Part shown: positions 1-15,186 of the stretch, in pieces
Numbering within the stretch: the stretch's first letter is position 1
Layout of the letters: each line of letters opens with the position of its first letter
NCBI RefSeq assembly: GCF_009914755.1
Contig: NC_060947.1
From: the human T2T-CHM13v2.0 reference genome, Homo sapiens
DNA: 64,000 nucleotides
Strand: one strand, 5' to 3'
Made by a program: the position numbers and the translations under genes
The notes under the pieces: model-generated
What the model saw: only the letters and a program-made list of their open reading frames with translations
Told to the model about the DNA's origin: nothing
Database searches by the model: none

Positions 1-125
1 TCCGTTTTCTGTCCCCTAAATCTCCTGGTCTCAGGGCTACCTTCAATGACAGATAAATATAATTGTTTTAAATTGATAATAGCTTCATATCTACATGATA
101 ATTTTAATAGTCTGTATCAATATTT

Positions 126-879
126 CTTTTATTTTTTTTGGATAATTTCAACTATTAGATTCGGGGGTACATGTGCAGGTTTATTATATGGATATATTTC
201 ATGATGCTGAGGTTTGGGATACAAATGATCCCATAACCCAGGTGTGGCTATAGTAAACAAGTTAGTTTTTCAACCCTTGGCTCCTTCCCTCCCTTCTCCC
301 TCGAGTAGTCTCTGGTGTTTATTGTTTCTATCTTTATGTCCACGAATACCCAGTGTTTAACTCCTACTTATAAGTGAGAGAATGTGGTATTTGGTTTTCT
401 GTTTCTGCATTGATTTACTTAGGATAATGTTCTTCAGCGGCACCCATGTTCTTTTTTATGGCTGTGTAGTATTCCATGGTGTGTATGTACCATATTTTAT
501 TTATCCAATCCACCCTTGATGGGCACCTGGTTTCATTCCATGTCTTTGCTATTGTGAATAGTGCTGCAATGAACATATGCATGCGTTTGTCTTGGTGATG
601 GAAGATTTTATATTCCTTTGGGTATTTACTCAGTGATGGGATTGCTGGGTTGAGTGGTAGTTCTGTTTATAGCTCTTTGTGGAATTGTCATACTGTTATC
701 CACAATGGTTGAACTAATTTACACTCCCACCAATAATGTACAAGTGTTCCTTTTTCTCTGCAACCTTGCCAATATCTATTATTTTTTGACTTTTAATAAT
801 AGCCATTCAGACTTGTGTGAGATGATATTTCCTTATGGTTTTGATTTGCATTTCTCTGGTAATTAGTGATGTTGAGCAG
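126..879 (-). mobile_element. L1 3' end (L1PA15/16-like), 5'-truncated
   Basis: T-rich tail, then GGGGGTACATGTGCAGGTTT... and antisense ORF2 C-terminal sequence (TTGCTATTGTGAATAGTGCTGCAATGAACAT). Confidence 0.85.
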
Positions 880-1159
880 AATATAGCACATTTTTTAAAG
901 AAACAATTTAAATGGTTTTGTGATGTTCTACTGAGTCATTTTAACTGACTGGAATTTTCCTCAAATATTTTTTAATAAGGCAGATATAAAAATAAGTGAA
1001 CAAATAAACATAAGCATTAAAGATTTCAATGTTAAAACTGAAATTAAACTTCAAATAAGCTATCAATTCAGGGAAGTGATTCCTTAGGGGTTTTGCTGTT
1101 TCCCATTGAAGTAAGTAGTTGTTTGGCTAAATTAATCAGTTGGCTTGGTACCATACGGA

Positions 1160-1325
1160 CCATCCTTTCTCACAGTATGGTCTACAGACCAGCACTGTGG
1201 ACATCATTGTGTGATTGTTAGAAATGCAGTACCTTAGGCCCCACCCAATATCTATGGTATCAAAATCTCTATTTTGATAAGGTCCCACAGTGATTCATAT
1301 GCACTTTAAAGTTTGAGAAGCCTAG
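1160..1325. mobile_element. MER5-like hAT-Charlie MITE
   Basis: GTTAGAAATGCAG...GGCCCCACCC...GTGATTCATATGCAC...AAGTTTGAGAAG motifs. Confidence 0.7.
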
Positions 1326-1776
1326 GTATAGATCTCATTTTAAGAAACCTTGCCCAGTGGTAATAAGAAGGGGCTGCTTGTACACGTTACAGCTTCCTCA
1401 TTATATTTTCCCTAACAAGTGATCTGATTTCTGAAGGAGGTGGAACATAGCAGATCTTCATAAAGTAAAGTAGCTTCCCTCATACTGTTTATTTGTAGGT
1501 CAACCACTGCCTCGTTTGTGATATTTCAACAGCACTGGGATGCTCCCCTGGATTTACGAAAGGTAATTTTTTTCATTTATTGTCATTTCTCTCATTGCAC
1601 CCTGTCCTTATATATTATAGCACTTAATTGGTTTATAATGGTATGTTTATTTAGCTGCTTCCTTATTTCATGCATGCCTTCTCTACACTTTAAAGCCCAT
1701 AAAAGCAGAAATAATTTCCACTTTGCTGTTCAATTCCTAGCACACAAATAAGTGCACAATAAGTATTTGTTGACTT

Positions 1777-2690
1777 TCTTTGTTTTAAATTATTCATTGA
1801 TATATAAACTACATACAGAAAAATTCACAAATCATGAATGTACAACTCCATGAATTATTACAGCGTGATCACATATATGTAAACGTGCTCAGGTCGAGAT
1901 ATAGAATATTGCTGGCACCTCGGAAGCCTCTTATATCCCCTCCTGATTACGTCTCCTCTTTCATCCCCCCACAAAAATATTTGCATGACTTGTGTTTCTT
2001 ACCTTTGAACTTCATATATATGGAGTCAAGCAATTTATCTTATTTTGGTCCTGACTTTCTTTCATGCGATGTTGTTTTGGGGCTCTTCCACATTGTTTTA
2101 TGAAGCAGTAGGTCATTAATTTTCATTGTTGTGCAGTATTACATTGTATGGCTAAACCATAATATAGATGTCCATTGTGGTGATGATGGACATAAAATTT
2201 ATTTTTCAGTTTTGGGGTATTATGAACAATGTTGCTATGAAAATACTTGAACGTGTCTTTGTGCAAATATTGATGCATTTTTTTTTGTTGGGGTTATACT
2301 CCAGGGTAGAATTGCTGGGTCATATTTTCAACTGTAGTGGATAATGCCCATTTTCCAACGTGGTTGTATCAACTAGCATTCCCAATAGCTGTTTATGAAG
2401 TTTTCCTTTGCTTTACACATTTCATAGCACTTGAAATTGTCAGATTTTAAAATTTTGAGCCATTCTTATGGGTTTGTAATAACATTTCCTTTTGGTTTTA
2501 ATTTTTATTCACCTTATTGCTGATAAGGTTGGGAACCTTTTGATGTTTTTGGTCATTTGTATATTCTCTTTGGTTTTCTCAAGACTTCTGTTCATTTTTC
2601 TGTTGAGCTGTTTTTTAATTATTAATTTGCAGGTATTATTTACATATTCGGGTGCAAGATCATTGTCATCGTTTGTGTTTCAGTTTTATG
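1777..2690 (-). mobile_element. Old L1M (L1MC/ME-like) 3' fragment
   Basis: ACATACAGAAAAATTCACAAATCAT...TGTACAACTC 3'UTR start; ...GAATTGCTGGGTCATA ORF2 antisense. Confidence 0.7.
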
Positions 2691-2749
2691 TTGTCATTCT
2701 GTTGCTTGGTACTTTATTTTAAAATGGCTGGTTGAAGAAATCACATTGG

Positions 2750-3017
2750 CAGCTGGATGAAGTGGCTCATGCCTGTAATCCTAGTACTTTGGGAGGCTGA
2801 GGTGGGAGGATTGCCTGAGCTCAGGGGTTCGAGACCATCCTGGGCAACATGATGAAACCCTGTGACTACCAAAATACCAAAAATTAGCCAGGCTTGGTGG
2901 CGTACGCCTGTAACCTACGTTACTCAGGAGGCTGAGGCATGAGAATTGCTTTAACTCGGGACCTGAGAATGCGCCGCTGTGAAACTGTCTCAAAAAGAAA
3001 AAAAATAATAAATAAAT
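2750..3017 (+). mobile_element. AluJ-like with internal right-arm deletion
   Basis: GTGGCTCATGCCTGTAATCC..., GGAGGATTGCCTGAG; TSD AAATCACATTG on both sides. Confidence 0.9.
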
Positions 3018-3243
3018 AAATCACATTGTTTTACTCTCACCAGACTTTTCTATTGAGGTGTGGCTTTTAAAAATGGCATACCCTTTTTTAATTCTCTAAT
3101 GCAGAGGGCTTTCTGGTATCACATTGTTTGTATTAGGAGGGTATGATGGTATATAAGTAGATAATTTTGTATTATATTATAATTGATGGGTTGTCCATTC
3201 AGACACAGAATGTGATATAAATTTGGCCTGTTTTGCCTATTAT

Positions 3244-4011
3244 TGAAGCAGCTTCATTGTCTGGGGTAAATACGAAGGTTCTTGGTCTCATGGCCAAGGA
3301 GATCGAGGTCATGGACACACACACAGACAAAGTGAGTTTGGAGTGGGAGTTTATATAGGCAAAATGAAAGTACAGCTCTCCCTCACAGAGAGGGGTCCTG
3401 AGCAGGTTGCCAAGTAGTAGTAACAATGTCAGGGTTTTTATAAATGGGCTAGTGAGGAGGGGATTAGCGAGGAGGGGAGGTCTTATCCTCCTAGGGCACG
3501 ATGATTCAGCTGGGACCAGGTGTGCTATCTGTATAGAGCAGAGTTTTTAATCATCTCTCACCCCATTACTGGACCATGTAGGCTGACTTTTAGTCTGTGT
3601 TTCTTTGTCTAGCTTATCTGGGAGGGAGAGTTTCCATGTCTATTCCCATACATCTTCTTGTAGCTGCAGACATCCCCCTGCCCCCCAGTCTGCTTTTAGT
3701 TTCCCTATCTTAGTGGCCTAAAGGGAAGGGAATGTACTTATTAAGACCCACTGTTTTACTGGGCCCATTGTATAAGTATGAAGTTGGGCGATTACCCAGG
3801 AGACTCTTCCCACCCCCACTTCTGTGTGGAGCTGTCTTATCTCTGCCTGCTCTTTCAGGCAGCTTGTTGTTAGAAGTGATTTCTTTGAACTGCATGAGGT
3901 TAAAAAGGGAGCTATTTTTGAGCTGCTTTTTGTTACAAGGAAAGTTTTCTGCTGGGGACTCGCTTTACCTTAACTGTCTACCTAAATAATTTCTTTCTAT
4001 TTCCTATAACA
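3244..4011 (-). mobile_element. ERV1 solo LTR (MER4 group, MER83/MER61-like)
   Basis: TG...CA termini; 4-bp TSD TTAT (3240-3243, 4012-4015); TGAAGCAGCTTCATTGTCTGGGGTAAATAC end typical of the group; exact family uncertain. Confidence 0.8.
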
Positions 4012-4227
4012 TTATGGTTTCACACATCACTTTTGTTTGCATAAAACCATACACCATAAAATAGGTTTAAACACTGAAGAACCAGTGTTATGACACTGTG
4101 TTTAGCTTTATACATCACATGTAACATAATATGAATGTATACCATTGTTTGTATTTTATCCATGCACGACTTCATGAGTCAGTCCCTATTCCATGTAAAA
4201 TTCAGAGTTGCACAGTATGGCATTGCA

Positions 4228-4531
<304 letters not shown>

Positions 4532-4676
4532 GGCATTGCATTCTTAAAATAGAAGCAGTTTGGAAGAGAATGCTGAGACACCGTGGTTAGGAGGTTTTGA
4601 GAAGACTAGGTCTTTCTACCTTTCTTTTCTTTTCTTCTTATTAGCTAATGACCTTGGTAAAATATTATTGTATTAA

Positions 4677-4971
<295 letters not shown>

Positions 4972-4994
4972 CACTTAATGTATTAATTTTTGCT

Positions 4995-5140
4995 ATGCAA
5001 AGTGTGGTCCATGGACCAGAAACATCAGCGTCACCTGAACTCTTGTTAGAAATGTGTAATTTTCAGTTGTGTAGACTAACACTTCAATGTTTCCGCCTTC
5101 ACATTTCTGACAGGCTTGCAGTGAGAATGCTGAAGATCCT
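4995..5140. mobile_element. MER5A-like fragment
   Basis: CAAAGTGTGGTCCATGGACCAG...CTTGTTAGAAATG. Confidence 0.55.
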
Positions 5141-5966
5141 GAATAAGATTGCAAATGGTGGTTCAGATTCCCTCTCCCTCTTATGACCTTTAGAAAATTG
5201 TATAGTTCCAGGTGCATTTTATTACCTAGTATGGAAAAAATGGGTCTCCTGCTCAAGGGTGGGGTGGGGGTTGACACGGAGTGAGTTTCCATTGACTATT
5301 CTTCGTAATTTTCTTTAAGAAGGAAATAAACCAAATTCACTAAGAACATTCTCTGGATACTTTATGGTTATATGTTATGCAGAATAAAACCATTAAGTAC
5401 ACTTTATCTTTTTAAACACAATGTGTGAAAATGAATTTGCAGTTTCATGAATGCTTTGTCTTATAACTTCAATGGGATTTCATGTGGAAGTGTCTTCCCA
5501 AGTTCACTTTTCGTAATTCTATTTTTGAATATGTATTGGGAAATACTTTAAGCCTATATATGTCATAAAAATAATAGCTGAAGTAGCCCTTTGGGGAAAC
5601 TTCATAATATTGGTATTGCTATTTTAGTGCATTCATAATTAAATGGGAGAGCAGGAGAGCCATGAGTTTGTGTTTCTTATTATACAAAATCTGCTGATAT
5701 AATGGAATATGTTATGGCCACTATATGTTGTAACAACATAATAGTGTCGTGTTGTTGACACTAATAGGAAAAGTGTCTTTGCATTATAGGTGACTGTACT
5801 CTCAGAAAATAAACCAGAGAGATCAATGAAGCACAGACTTCTTTTTCCATTTTTATTTGAAGAGTTATTCCCCTGAGAAAGTAACACTTTTAGGTTATTT
5901 GTGCTTGGTGTTATAAAAGAAGACTTGATTCGTGATTGGAAGACAAGGGTCAAAAACCAGTTTTGT

Positions 5967-6285
5967 GGCTGGGCGCGATGGCTCACGCCTGTAATCCCAG
6001 CAGTTTGGAAGGTAGACGCAAGTGGATCACCTTAGGTCAGGAGATCCAGACCAGCCTGGCCAACATGGTGAAACCTTGTCCTACTAAAAATACAAAAAAA
6101 TTAGCCGAGCATGATGGCGGGTGCCTATGACCCCATCTACTTGGGAGGCTGAGGCAGGGGAATCGCTTGAACCTGGGAGGCGGAAGTTGCAGTGAGCCGG
6201 GATGGTGCTGCTTCACTCCAGCCTGGGTGAAAGAGCAAAACTCCATCTCAGACAAAACCAAGAACAACAACTACAACAACAAAAA
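5967..6285 (+). mobile_element. AluSx-like with (CAA)-patterned tail
   Basis: GGCTGGGCGCGATGGCTCACGCC; near-perfect TSD AAAA(A/C)CAGTTTTGT. Confidence 0.95.
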
Positions 6286-6671
6286 ACAGTTTTGTTACTA
6301 TGCTGGCTTAGGCAAGTCACTTCCTCCCATCAGGCAAAAAAGGAGCTTTAGGAAATGCCCTTCAAGTTCTCTTTGTACTATAGAAGTTAAAACACTTCAG
6401 GCAAAATTGAGGGAATACAATAAGAAATCAGAGAAGAATCCTCATTTTTGATTCAAGTAAATCTTAAGATGAGTTTAACTACAGAATGATGAAACTTCAG
6501 CAGAAAATTAGTGAATTATGTAACTGCAAAAATTAGTATGAGTTTATAATGAAGGTGTAAAATGAGATATTCAACAGTCCAGACATGAGGAAATGGTGTG
6601 ATGGATGACTATTTCAAGTGAAAGCTATGACTGATTATTATCCCAAACTATATTGCAGCAGCTGATACTAT

Positions 6672-7259
6672 TGTTAGAAATGCTTGTTCCCCAGTGCTGT
6701 AAAGAAATAGCACTTGAACATAAATTTAATTTCCTCAGCAAGGCCATTTTTACTTTCTGCAGAAAGGGTACACTTGCCAGCAGTTTTGCCATGAAAGTAC
6801 ACTGAACAAAGGAGACAGGGTCATTTATAACCTGACACGTCCACCCTACTGCTGCGTCTGGTTTCCGCTGGCTGGAACTGGACCTCACATTCTGTATTTG
6901 TCCCGATTGGCTAGCAAGTTAGAACTTTTTAAAAGCGTCGAAGTCAGAGGAGAGCAAAGGAAGGAGGAAGTAACTTGTGGAATGCTGAGAAAGGTAAAAA
7001 CACCTTCAAATAAGGAAGAGGAACAGGCTATGACCTAATGCTTGCTTGGACCAGTATAAGCATGTCAGGGCAAATATCTAGGCTAAATTCGGGAGCTAAG
7101 AACATAAAGTACGTTGATTTCTTTATTACGGCTAGCAGATATTTAAGAATGTTACCACAGGTCTTTGAATGCATTTTGCTTCTAAGAGGAGTTACTATTT
7201 ATTTCTTATTAGATGAGGAGGAAAGTCTTTGAAGAGGAACCTCTACTTTATTTTTTACA
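6672..7259 (-). mobile_element. LTR10C-like solo LTR (ERV1)
   Basis: Reverse complement begins TGTAAAAAATAAAGTAGAGGTTCCTCTTCAAAGACTTTCC; TG...CA termini; TSD CTAT (6668-6671, 7260-7263). Confidence 0.85.
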
Positions 7260-7385
7260 CTATTAAGATGTAATAATGATTTACTGCATTTATATGGAGA
7301 ATTACAGTTTATAATTTTTTCACATGTATTGCAACATTTATTTATCACTGAAAGGGTTTAAGTGGTAGATAAAGCCAAATGAAAT

Positions 7386-7412
7386 TGTGTGTGTGTGTGT
7401 GTGTGTGCGCGC
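7386..7412. repeat. (TG)n(CG)n microsatellite
   Basis: Seen directly. Confidence 0.9.
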
Positions 7413-8069
7413 ACACCTATATTTGTTGGGTGATAAATAGCTGTTTAAAATAAATCTAAAAATACATTTTCCTTAAGGGAACTGCCATTACTCTTTAAAG
7501 TCTGTGATAGCTTTAAAAATTTAATTACTACTTGTAGCTGAAGAGGAATATATAAAGTATATTACCATTTAAAGAAAACAAGGCCATTGCATTTCCTTAT
7601 TCATCCATTGACCTTTTTTTTTGTCATCCATTGACATAGTGAATGTGAGTAGCAATGCCACTTTTGTTAGAACATGTGATTGATGGAATTAGTCTGCGTT
7701 TATTATGAATGTTATGGAAAACTAGCTTGACATTTTTTCACTAAAATTTTGTTTTGAAACTTGTGGAAAAGAATATCCAAGTATGTTTTTCACATTGATC
7801 AGCAATAATAGATCTTTGATGTTTGCCAGTGTTTGTAACTCTTGTTTTCCCAATCTCTTCAAACAAGTAGGGATGTTACCTGTGAGATTACTACAGTGCC
7901 AGCAAGCTCTGGAATTTACAGCAAAGTCATGAGTCACCGTGTTCTTTATAAGTAACATTAATAGAAATAAACGCAATTCTAGAATAAATGTTGCACAGCA
8001 TATTTTTGGTAATAAATAGTCCTGATGCTTATCCTTAATCTAGGTTGGGGGAGACATTCAGAGATACTG

Positions 8070-8225
8070 TTGGAGGTAGAAGAAAGTGCACTGGACTAAG
8101 AATTAGGAAAACCGCGTTCTAACCCTGAGTCAGTCACTTACTCACTGAGCATCAACATCTTTATCTGTAAATATGAATGCTATTAACACTGTCCAATTCA
8201 TAGAAAAAACTATTGAGGAACAAGT
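8070..8225. mobile_element. MIR fragment
   Basis: TCACTTACTCACTGAGC...TTATCTGTAAA core-like sequence. Confidence 0.55.
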
Positions 8226-8228
8226 AAT

Positions 8229-8233
<5 letters not shown>

Positions 8234-8259
<26 letters not shown>
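8234..8259. repeat. (CA)n microsatellite
   Basis: Seen directly. Confidence 0.9.
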
Positions 8260-9159
8260 TAAAAACAAAATACTTCAAACTATAGTGCACTATAGAAATT
8301 ATATTCACAGTATAGAAAAAATTATAATTTATTAGTAGCCATTAATTGTATGCTACCTATAGTAATGAGAACTTAGGTGTAGAATGAGACATGATGGAGG
8401 ATATTTTTTAAATTCCAGCTCAGCCCCAAGTAGTTGTGCAGGATTGAGCAAGTGAATTAACTCAACTGGACCCATATTCCTTATCTGAAAAATGAGCCAA
8501 TTGGATCAGAAAAGTAAATTTCAAGTTGTTTCAATTGTGAAACAATATATTCAAATGACGCCTCAGTGAAGAAGCTTGTTACTTAATACAGATAAAACCA
8601 CAACTGTTCTGGTTAAATCAGAGGTATAGGGTTTAGGTTATTGCCATTGATTTCTGACTCTACCTCCCTCCACAGTCCCTGAGAACCCTTTGAAACTATT
8701 GGACTTAATTTCTTGGCCTTCATTCAGGTCTGTAATATTCATTTCTGATTCATGCCATCATATAAAATCTTGCATTTGTTTAACTCTACAGATATGTTGA
8801 TTGAATTATTAAGGAGTGTAACATGTCAACACAACTACTATATCTTTACACCATGAAAATCTCTACATTTGGTTTTTTATGAGAAAAATCATTTTGTGAC
8901 GTATGTTTTCACTTTGCAAAAGCCCAGCCTTGAGGACAGTTTTTCTTCTTGAAAAATGATGGATTGATCTACATTAAGAGGTGGAAGAAAAGTAAGATTT
9001 TCTTTATGTAGCAGTCGATCACATAGAATGGAGTGCTGTCTGGTTGGGTATGTAGTAAGTAAATGAAATACTTGCATTTTTTATCCTGGTTTAAAACCAG
9101 TACTCCTAATTCCATTTGTTATTACAATTGGTAATTTAGAACCAAAATTGTTGGCACTA

Positions 9160-9292
9160 GAATTCTGCATCCACAGCTTAACTGCTATGTGATTATAGGA
9201 AAATTATTGAACCTCTCTGGGCCTCAGTTTCCCCATCTGTAGAATTGCTGTAAGATTATTGAGGATTAAGTGAGATAACGCATTCAAAGCTC
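9160..9292 (+). mobile_element. MIR
   Basis: AACCTCTCTGGGCCTCAGTTTCCCCATCTGTA...GAGGATTAAGTGAGATAA. Confidence 0.8.
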
Positions 9293-10531
9293 CTTGACCA
9301 CAGGAGATGACAGTGTTCAGCTACTCTCCACTGTAGTTATCATTGAAAATACAAGTACATTTCACTATTTATTTGGTGTTAGAATAAGCATTTTGTAATT
9401 AACCTTTTCTCTGTGCTTTTGGGGAAGATGCTATCAAAAATGAATTTATGTGTAGTCCCCACATTCTATTTGATCTATGTTACTATCTTTCTCCGTAAGA
9501 AAACCTATTTAGAACACTATCATGTCAAATATAGCCTGAATTGAGATTTTTCCTCTTTCCTCATTCTACTCTTATTTGAAAGAAGACTTGAATTACAAGT
9601 GAGGGGAAAGTACCCCACACAGATCTTGGTAGTGAAAAGGAGCTCAAAGGCCTGCATGTAATCCAGAACTTGGTGAAATCAGTCCTTCCCTAGTTGGAAA
9701 TGTTCTCTATTAAACTTGGATAATCTGCATGTTTATGAATATTCTTCCTTGACATGAGTCCCAGAGAGATCTATCTTTTTTGATCATAAAAATACACAGG
9801 GAAAATTGAAAAACATTAGAATATTGAATTAAAATATTTACTATTCTCAATGTAACATTATGCCAATATATATTACATTTATTCTGCTTCTTAGAGGACA
9901 AAAGAATATTATATCTGAGGCAGAAAGACCTATAATGATTGCAAGAAAATTTGAATTACATTTTCATATATCTACAGTGTCATATGACAAAATGAAAAAT
10001 GTGAATAATGTAGTTAATTCTCAGAAAGATGGCCATTAGAATCCATCTTATTTTATTAGGATATATCAGTGTCATTGGGAGCTGGCTATTATTTTCTCAA
10101 AATGCTAAATGATCACATGACTTTATGTTGAAATATCCATGGATGGTTTAAGCAGTCTAGAATGTGATATGGCTACAATGCCTCTTTAATGCAACTATTT
10201 TTTAATTTAATTAATATCATGTAGGGGTGTTAAAGTCTCATTATTATTGGATCCTTGAGGGCTGAGACAGTGTCTTCTTCATGTTTTGTAAATCATGTTA
10301 ATAGATATTTGATGATGACATTTTATATGTTAAAGGTAGTACAGCAAAAGTATTCATTAATATACATGGAGAAAAGATCTTTGATCCAACAATTGTGACA
10401 TGTTAAGACTTCTTTCATTCCAAGACAATAGTGTAGGTCACATAAATGGGAAAAAATCAAGATACAACAGGATTTGAGTAGGAACCAAACAGTTCTAATT
10501 TAGAATAATAGATTGTTTTATTATAAAATAG

Positions 10532-10868
<337 letters not shown>

Positions 10869-10975
10869 TGCAGTAAGTTTTATAACCCCTCATGTACACT
10901 ACTCAAAATAAGCAAAAGTATTAATATGTTACATATTTACTTCAAATAGTTTTCTTAAAGAATACAATATTTCAT

Positions 10976-11340
<365 letters not shown>

Positions 11341-11664
11341 TTAAGCCTTCCTTGGAGGAAGCATCAGCTTGAAGTTGGCATATATAATTCCATTCCATGC
11401 TTTTATAATTTCTTTATGCATGTATGCATCTATAATCAATATATAATATTGTTTTGTTCATTCAAAAATGTACATAAATGGTATATCCTATTGCTCATAT
11501 CATTTTCTTTCACGTCCACTGTGTTATTTAATGTTTCTATTTAGCATACTTGTTCCTTTTCCTTTTCCCTTTTCCATGGATTCCTAAGATTTGGAGTTGT
11601 CTTTACTTTTTCCAGCTCTACTTTTTTCTGCTCCACATTGATTTGGAAGTTATGCCTTTGTATT

Positions 11665-12060
11665 GGTAAGGGTCCAATACACAGAGCAATGCACAGATGA
11701 CACACTTCAAAGGGGTTATTGAAAAGAGTTGAACAAAAAGACTGCATGCAAAGATGTGGGCAGGGTTAACAAAAACAAGAGATCATGGATAATCCTGAGC
11801 ATCTTTCTACAGGCTCTAAGAGGCAAAAAGAAGCTATTACTACCCCCGGGTCTGAGAGGCAAGATGAGGCAGCCATTTATAGGGTGAAACAACTGCAAAA
11901 GCTGTAGGAGGGGCTCATTCCATAGGAGATGTGGCCTTTACCAGAGTAACACAGCTGTGGCCAAACTAAGAACCTGGAGGATGAGAAAGCCCAGTTGATA
12001 CAGTCCTTAGAGATAAGCCTCTAGATGCATAGATCAGGGCAAGGAAGAGTTAAGACCAAG
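11665..12060. mobile_element. Ancient ERVL-type LTR relic (LTR33-like)
   Basis: GGGTCCAA...GAGTTGAACAAAAAGACTG...AAAGATGTGGGCAGGGTTAA resemblance; highly diverged. Confidence 0.4.
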
Positions 12061-14899
12061 CAAATGGTACTGAGAACCCTTTACTCAGGAAAGGGTTCTA
12101 TTTCTGGTCCTTTAATGGCCACCCTTCACATTTTAAACATATGTGCTTAAACTCTAAAGCTAATCAATGTCTCTTACTCCTTAAGCCTTCAGAAAGATTA
12201 AATCCAGACTCTCAAATTGTATTTTTCGTTCCATGTAAATCTAACATCTTATCTTGTTATTTACTTTTTCAAATTTTTCATTGCTATTATTTATTGTCAA
12301 TATTTATTTACATATAGCAATATGTTTTAACACATTTCTTTGCTTTTTTATCCTACTTCTTCCTTAAAGTTCAATTTTCTTTATAAACATAGAATTGTTA
12401 TTTTTTTTCCCGGGGAGGCCTCTCATGCCCATAAAGTGGGTCTACTCCTCTTGGTGCACTTCTGTATTAACTGCTTCAGGATTCCCCAGTTCAAGTCTTG
12501 TGCTAATTCTTACCTTTGTCCTTTCGCTATACAGTGGTTGGTGCATTTTTGTGTTTCATTATAGCAGTCATTAATGTTTTCACCCAAACTGATTTGGGAG
12601 TGGGAGTAGGGCAGAGCAGGACAGGGAAGATTCCTTGCCTTGTGTCTGGGAATACATTTCCTGTGGAAGTACATTTCCCACTTGGTTCTACTTTTAATAA
12701 TAGACATTATTTGATAGACTTTATTCAGCCATCTCAGTTCTAGCTCCTTAGCCACACGCAGGCCTGAGGCTTCTTCCAAGTTCATATCATTCCTGCTCAC
12801 CCTTTTGCTATGAGGTCCAGTTTTATTTTTGTTGCTGGAGATTTCCCTTTCTTGCCTTTAGACTTGGGTATATCCTTTTAAAAAAGCCAAGTGCGTGTCA
12901 TTGAGTCTTTCTGTGTTTGAAGAAAGGGGAGGTGTTTTCTGTGTCAGCATAGTTGGCAATAATGATAGAAATTTACTAGTGGATTATTTCTAGCTCTATA
13001 AAGCAATGAAGAATATTTCTGCTTTGTGGGGTTTTTTTTTTGTTGTTGTTGTTCTATTGCTATTTTTCATCTACTTTTCATATTTATTTCTTTGCTTGGG
13101 TGTTTTGATCTCTTTACCTTACTTGGCTTATTTTTCTTTCTACTGTCTTCTTTTACTTGATTCATCATTCAGATGTATTATTTTTTCACATTATAGAAAA
13201 ATGGAAAGCTAACTTCCCGCTTATTATGGTTTCAGTTCTATTTTAAACTTTATATTTTCTAGTTGTTTCCAAAATCTCAATTGTCTTTTTCTTGTCTCCA
13301 TACATTGGATGTCTCCCGTATGCTGTGAAAGTTCTTCAATTAGTCACATGTCATCATGTCTCCCTATACTTATGCCTAGATCTTGTCACTTGCTGAGTTC
13401 ATTTGCTCCTCAGCTTGCTGCATTTGGGTTGTTGCCTGGAGACAACTTCTGGACATTCTTTTTCTCTAGATATCCAGAATGGCAAAACTGAAACACTAAA
13501 TAAAACTGCCATAAGGTTATTTTTTTCATGAGAAAATATTTTTTTACTCTAATATATTCAGTTGATTTTATCCAATTTCCAGGAAAAAAGTAGACCTTAT
13601 TTTGGGATTAAAAAATAAATAGAGAACATAAATTATAAATATAAGCTTATCTGGCTGCAGGTTGGTTTTACTTGATATCTGAACCGAGGAAACCTGTATG
13701 GCGTTTCCAGTGTAGCTGTAGGAGAAAATCAGCATTCAGGTCTCATTGTTTATATTGGACAGACTTAAGAGGAGATGTTTGAAAATTATTAGGTCTACAC
13801 ATTCAGTTTTGCAAGAAAAACTTCCTACTTCTTATAGCTCAACTTTTCTTTCTCTTTGTTTTTATTTTTGTTTTTCTAACATCATGTGTATCTTATTCAA
13901 AGCAATATGTGTTAAAAATTTATATAAATGCGTCAAGGCTCATAAAGAAAAACAACACGTCTCCCCTCACATGTCAAAACCCTGTTCTTGTGGATTTTAC
14001 TTTCCTATTTCAAAATAATGTACATATGCTGCCGGTAATTTTTTTTCAATTTTAGATATTAGCTGTTTTATATACTGTGGAAAGTGTAGATTTAGCCACT
14101 ACCACACCACCCTCACCTACTCTCAGTTACCCTTTCCTCACCATCCAAATACTGTTAGAATTTTTGGTTTATTGACTAGTCAGTGTCTTTATACAAATTA
14201 TTCACAAAAGAATCATACACATCTATCTTACCTGCTATTAGTCTTTGTTTGCCTAGACTAGATAATTGCCTTGATTTTTCACTTGATTACTTTTCACCAT
14301 AAAGTCCTATATTCTTCCTCAAACTCCCCTGTATAACTGTAAAATCTTTCTTCAAGGAGATCAACTATTCTATCATTTTTTGTTTGTTTGTTTTTTCTCT
14401 TCTTGAAACTGTCTGTCCTGTTCTTACGGCTCTCTGGCCTGATGTACATTGAAATCTTTTTATTTCCATCTAACCCCATCTTAAGAATCCCCTTCACAAT
14501 TCTCCTGATATGAATTTCCTGTACTTTGTCCCGTGTTGGTCAGTTTCTTCTGAGAAGAATGTCCAAACACGTGCCTAGGGTATGCGTATCAGAGTTCTCA
14601 TAGTCTAGAAGGGAAAAAAGAACTGATTTTCAACTGATCTTCGGAACTGACGCAGGATCACTTCTGTCACACTCCATTGATTAAAGAAAATCACAGGGCC
14701 AGCCCAGAGTCAAGGTGAAGGAACTACACAGGAGTCTGAATGCTAACAATAATGACTTTCTGGTGATTACTTTGGTGACAGCCTACTTCGGTAAACACAT
14801 TTCAGACCTGCTTCCTTAACAAAGGGCCTCTGGATTTCCATCTTCCAACATGTTGTTAACCTGTTTTCTATGCTGTTTTCTATTTCCTCATTCCTTTTG

Positions 14900-14987
14900 C
14901 CCCCTTCCTTCCTTCCTTCCTTCCTTCCTTCCTTCCTTCCTTCCTTCCTTCCTTCCTTTCCTTCTTCTTTCTTTCTTTCTTTCTTTT

Positions 14988-15034
<47 letters not shown>

Positions 15035-15122
15035 CTTTCTTTCTTTCTTTCTTTCTTTCTTTTTCTTTTTCTTTCTTTCTTTCTTTCTTTCCTTTCTTTC
15101 TTTCCTTCTTTCCTTCTTTCCT

Positions 15123-15186
<64 letters not shown>

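Noticed and set aside
7038-7077. p53 response element in the LTR10C-like LTR (ATGCTTGCTT, AAGCATGTCA, GGGCAAATAT)
   Set aside because: Each half-site is mismatched; the best two are 10 bp apart and the adjacent one lacks the core G. Too weak to call without ChIP data.
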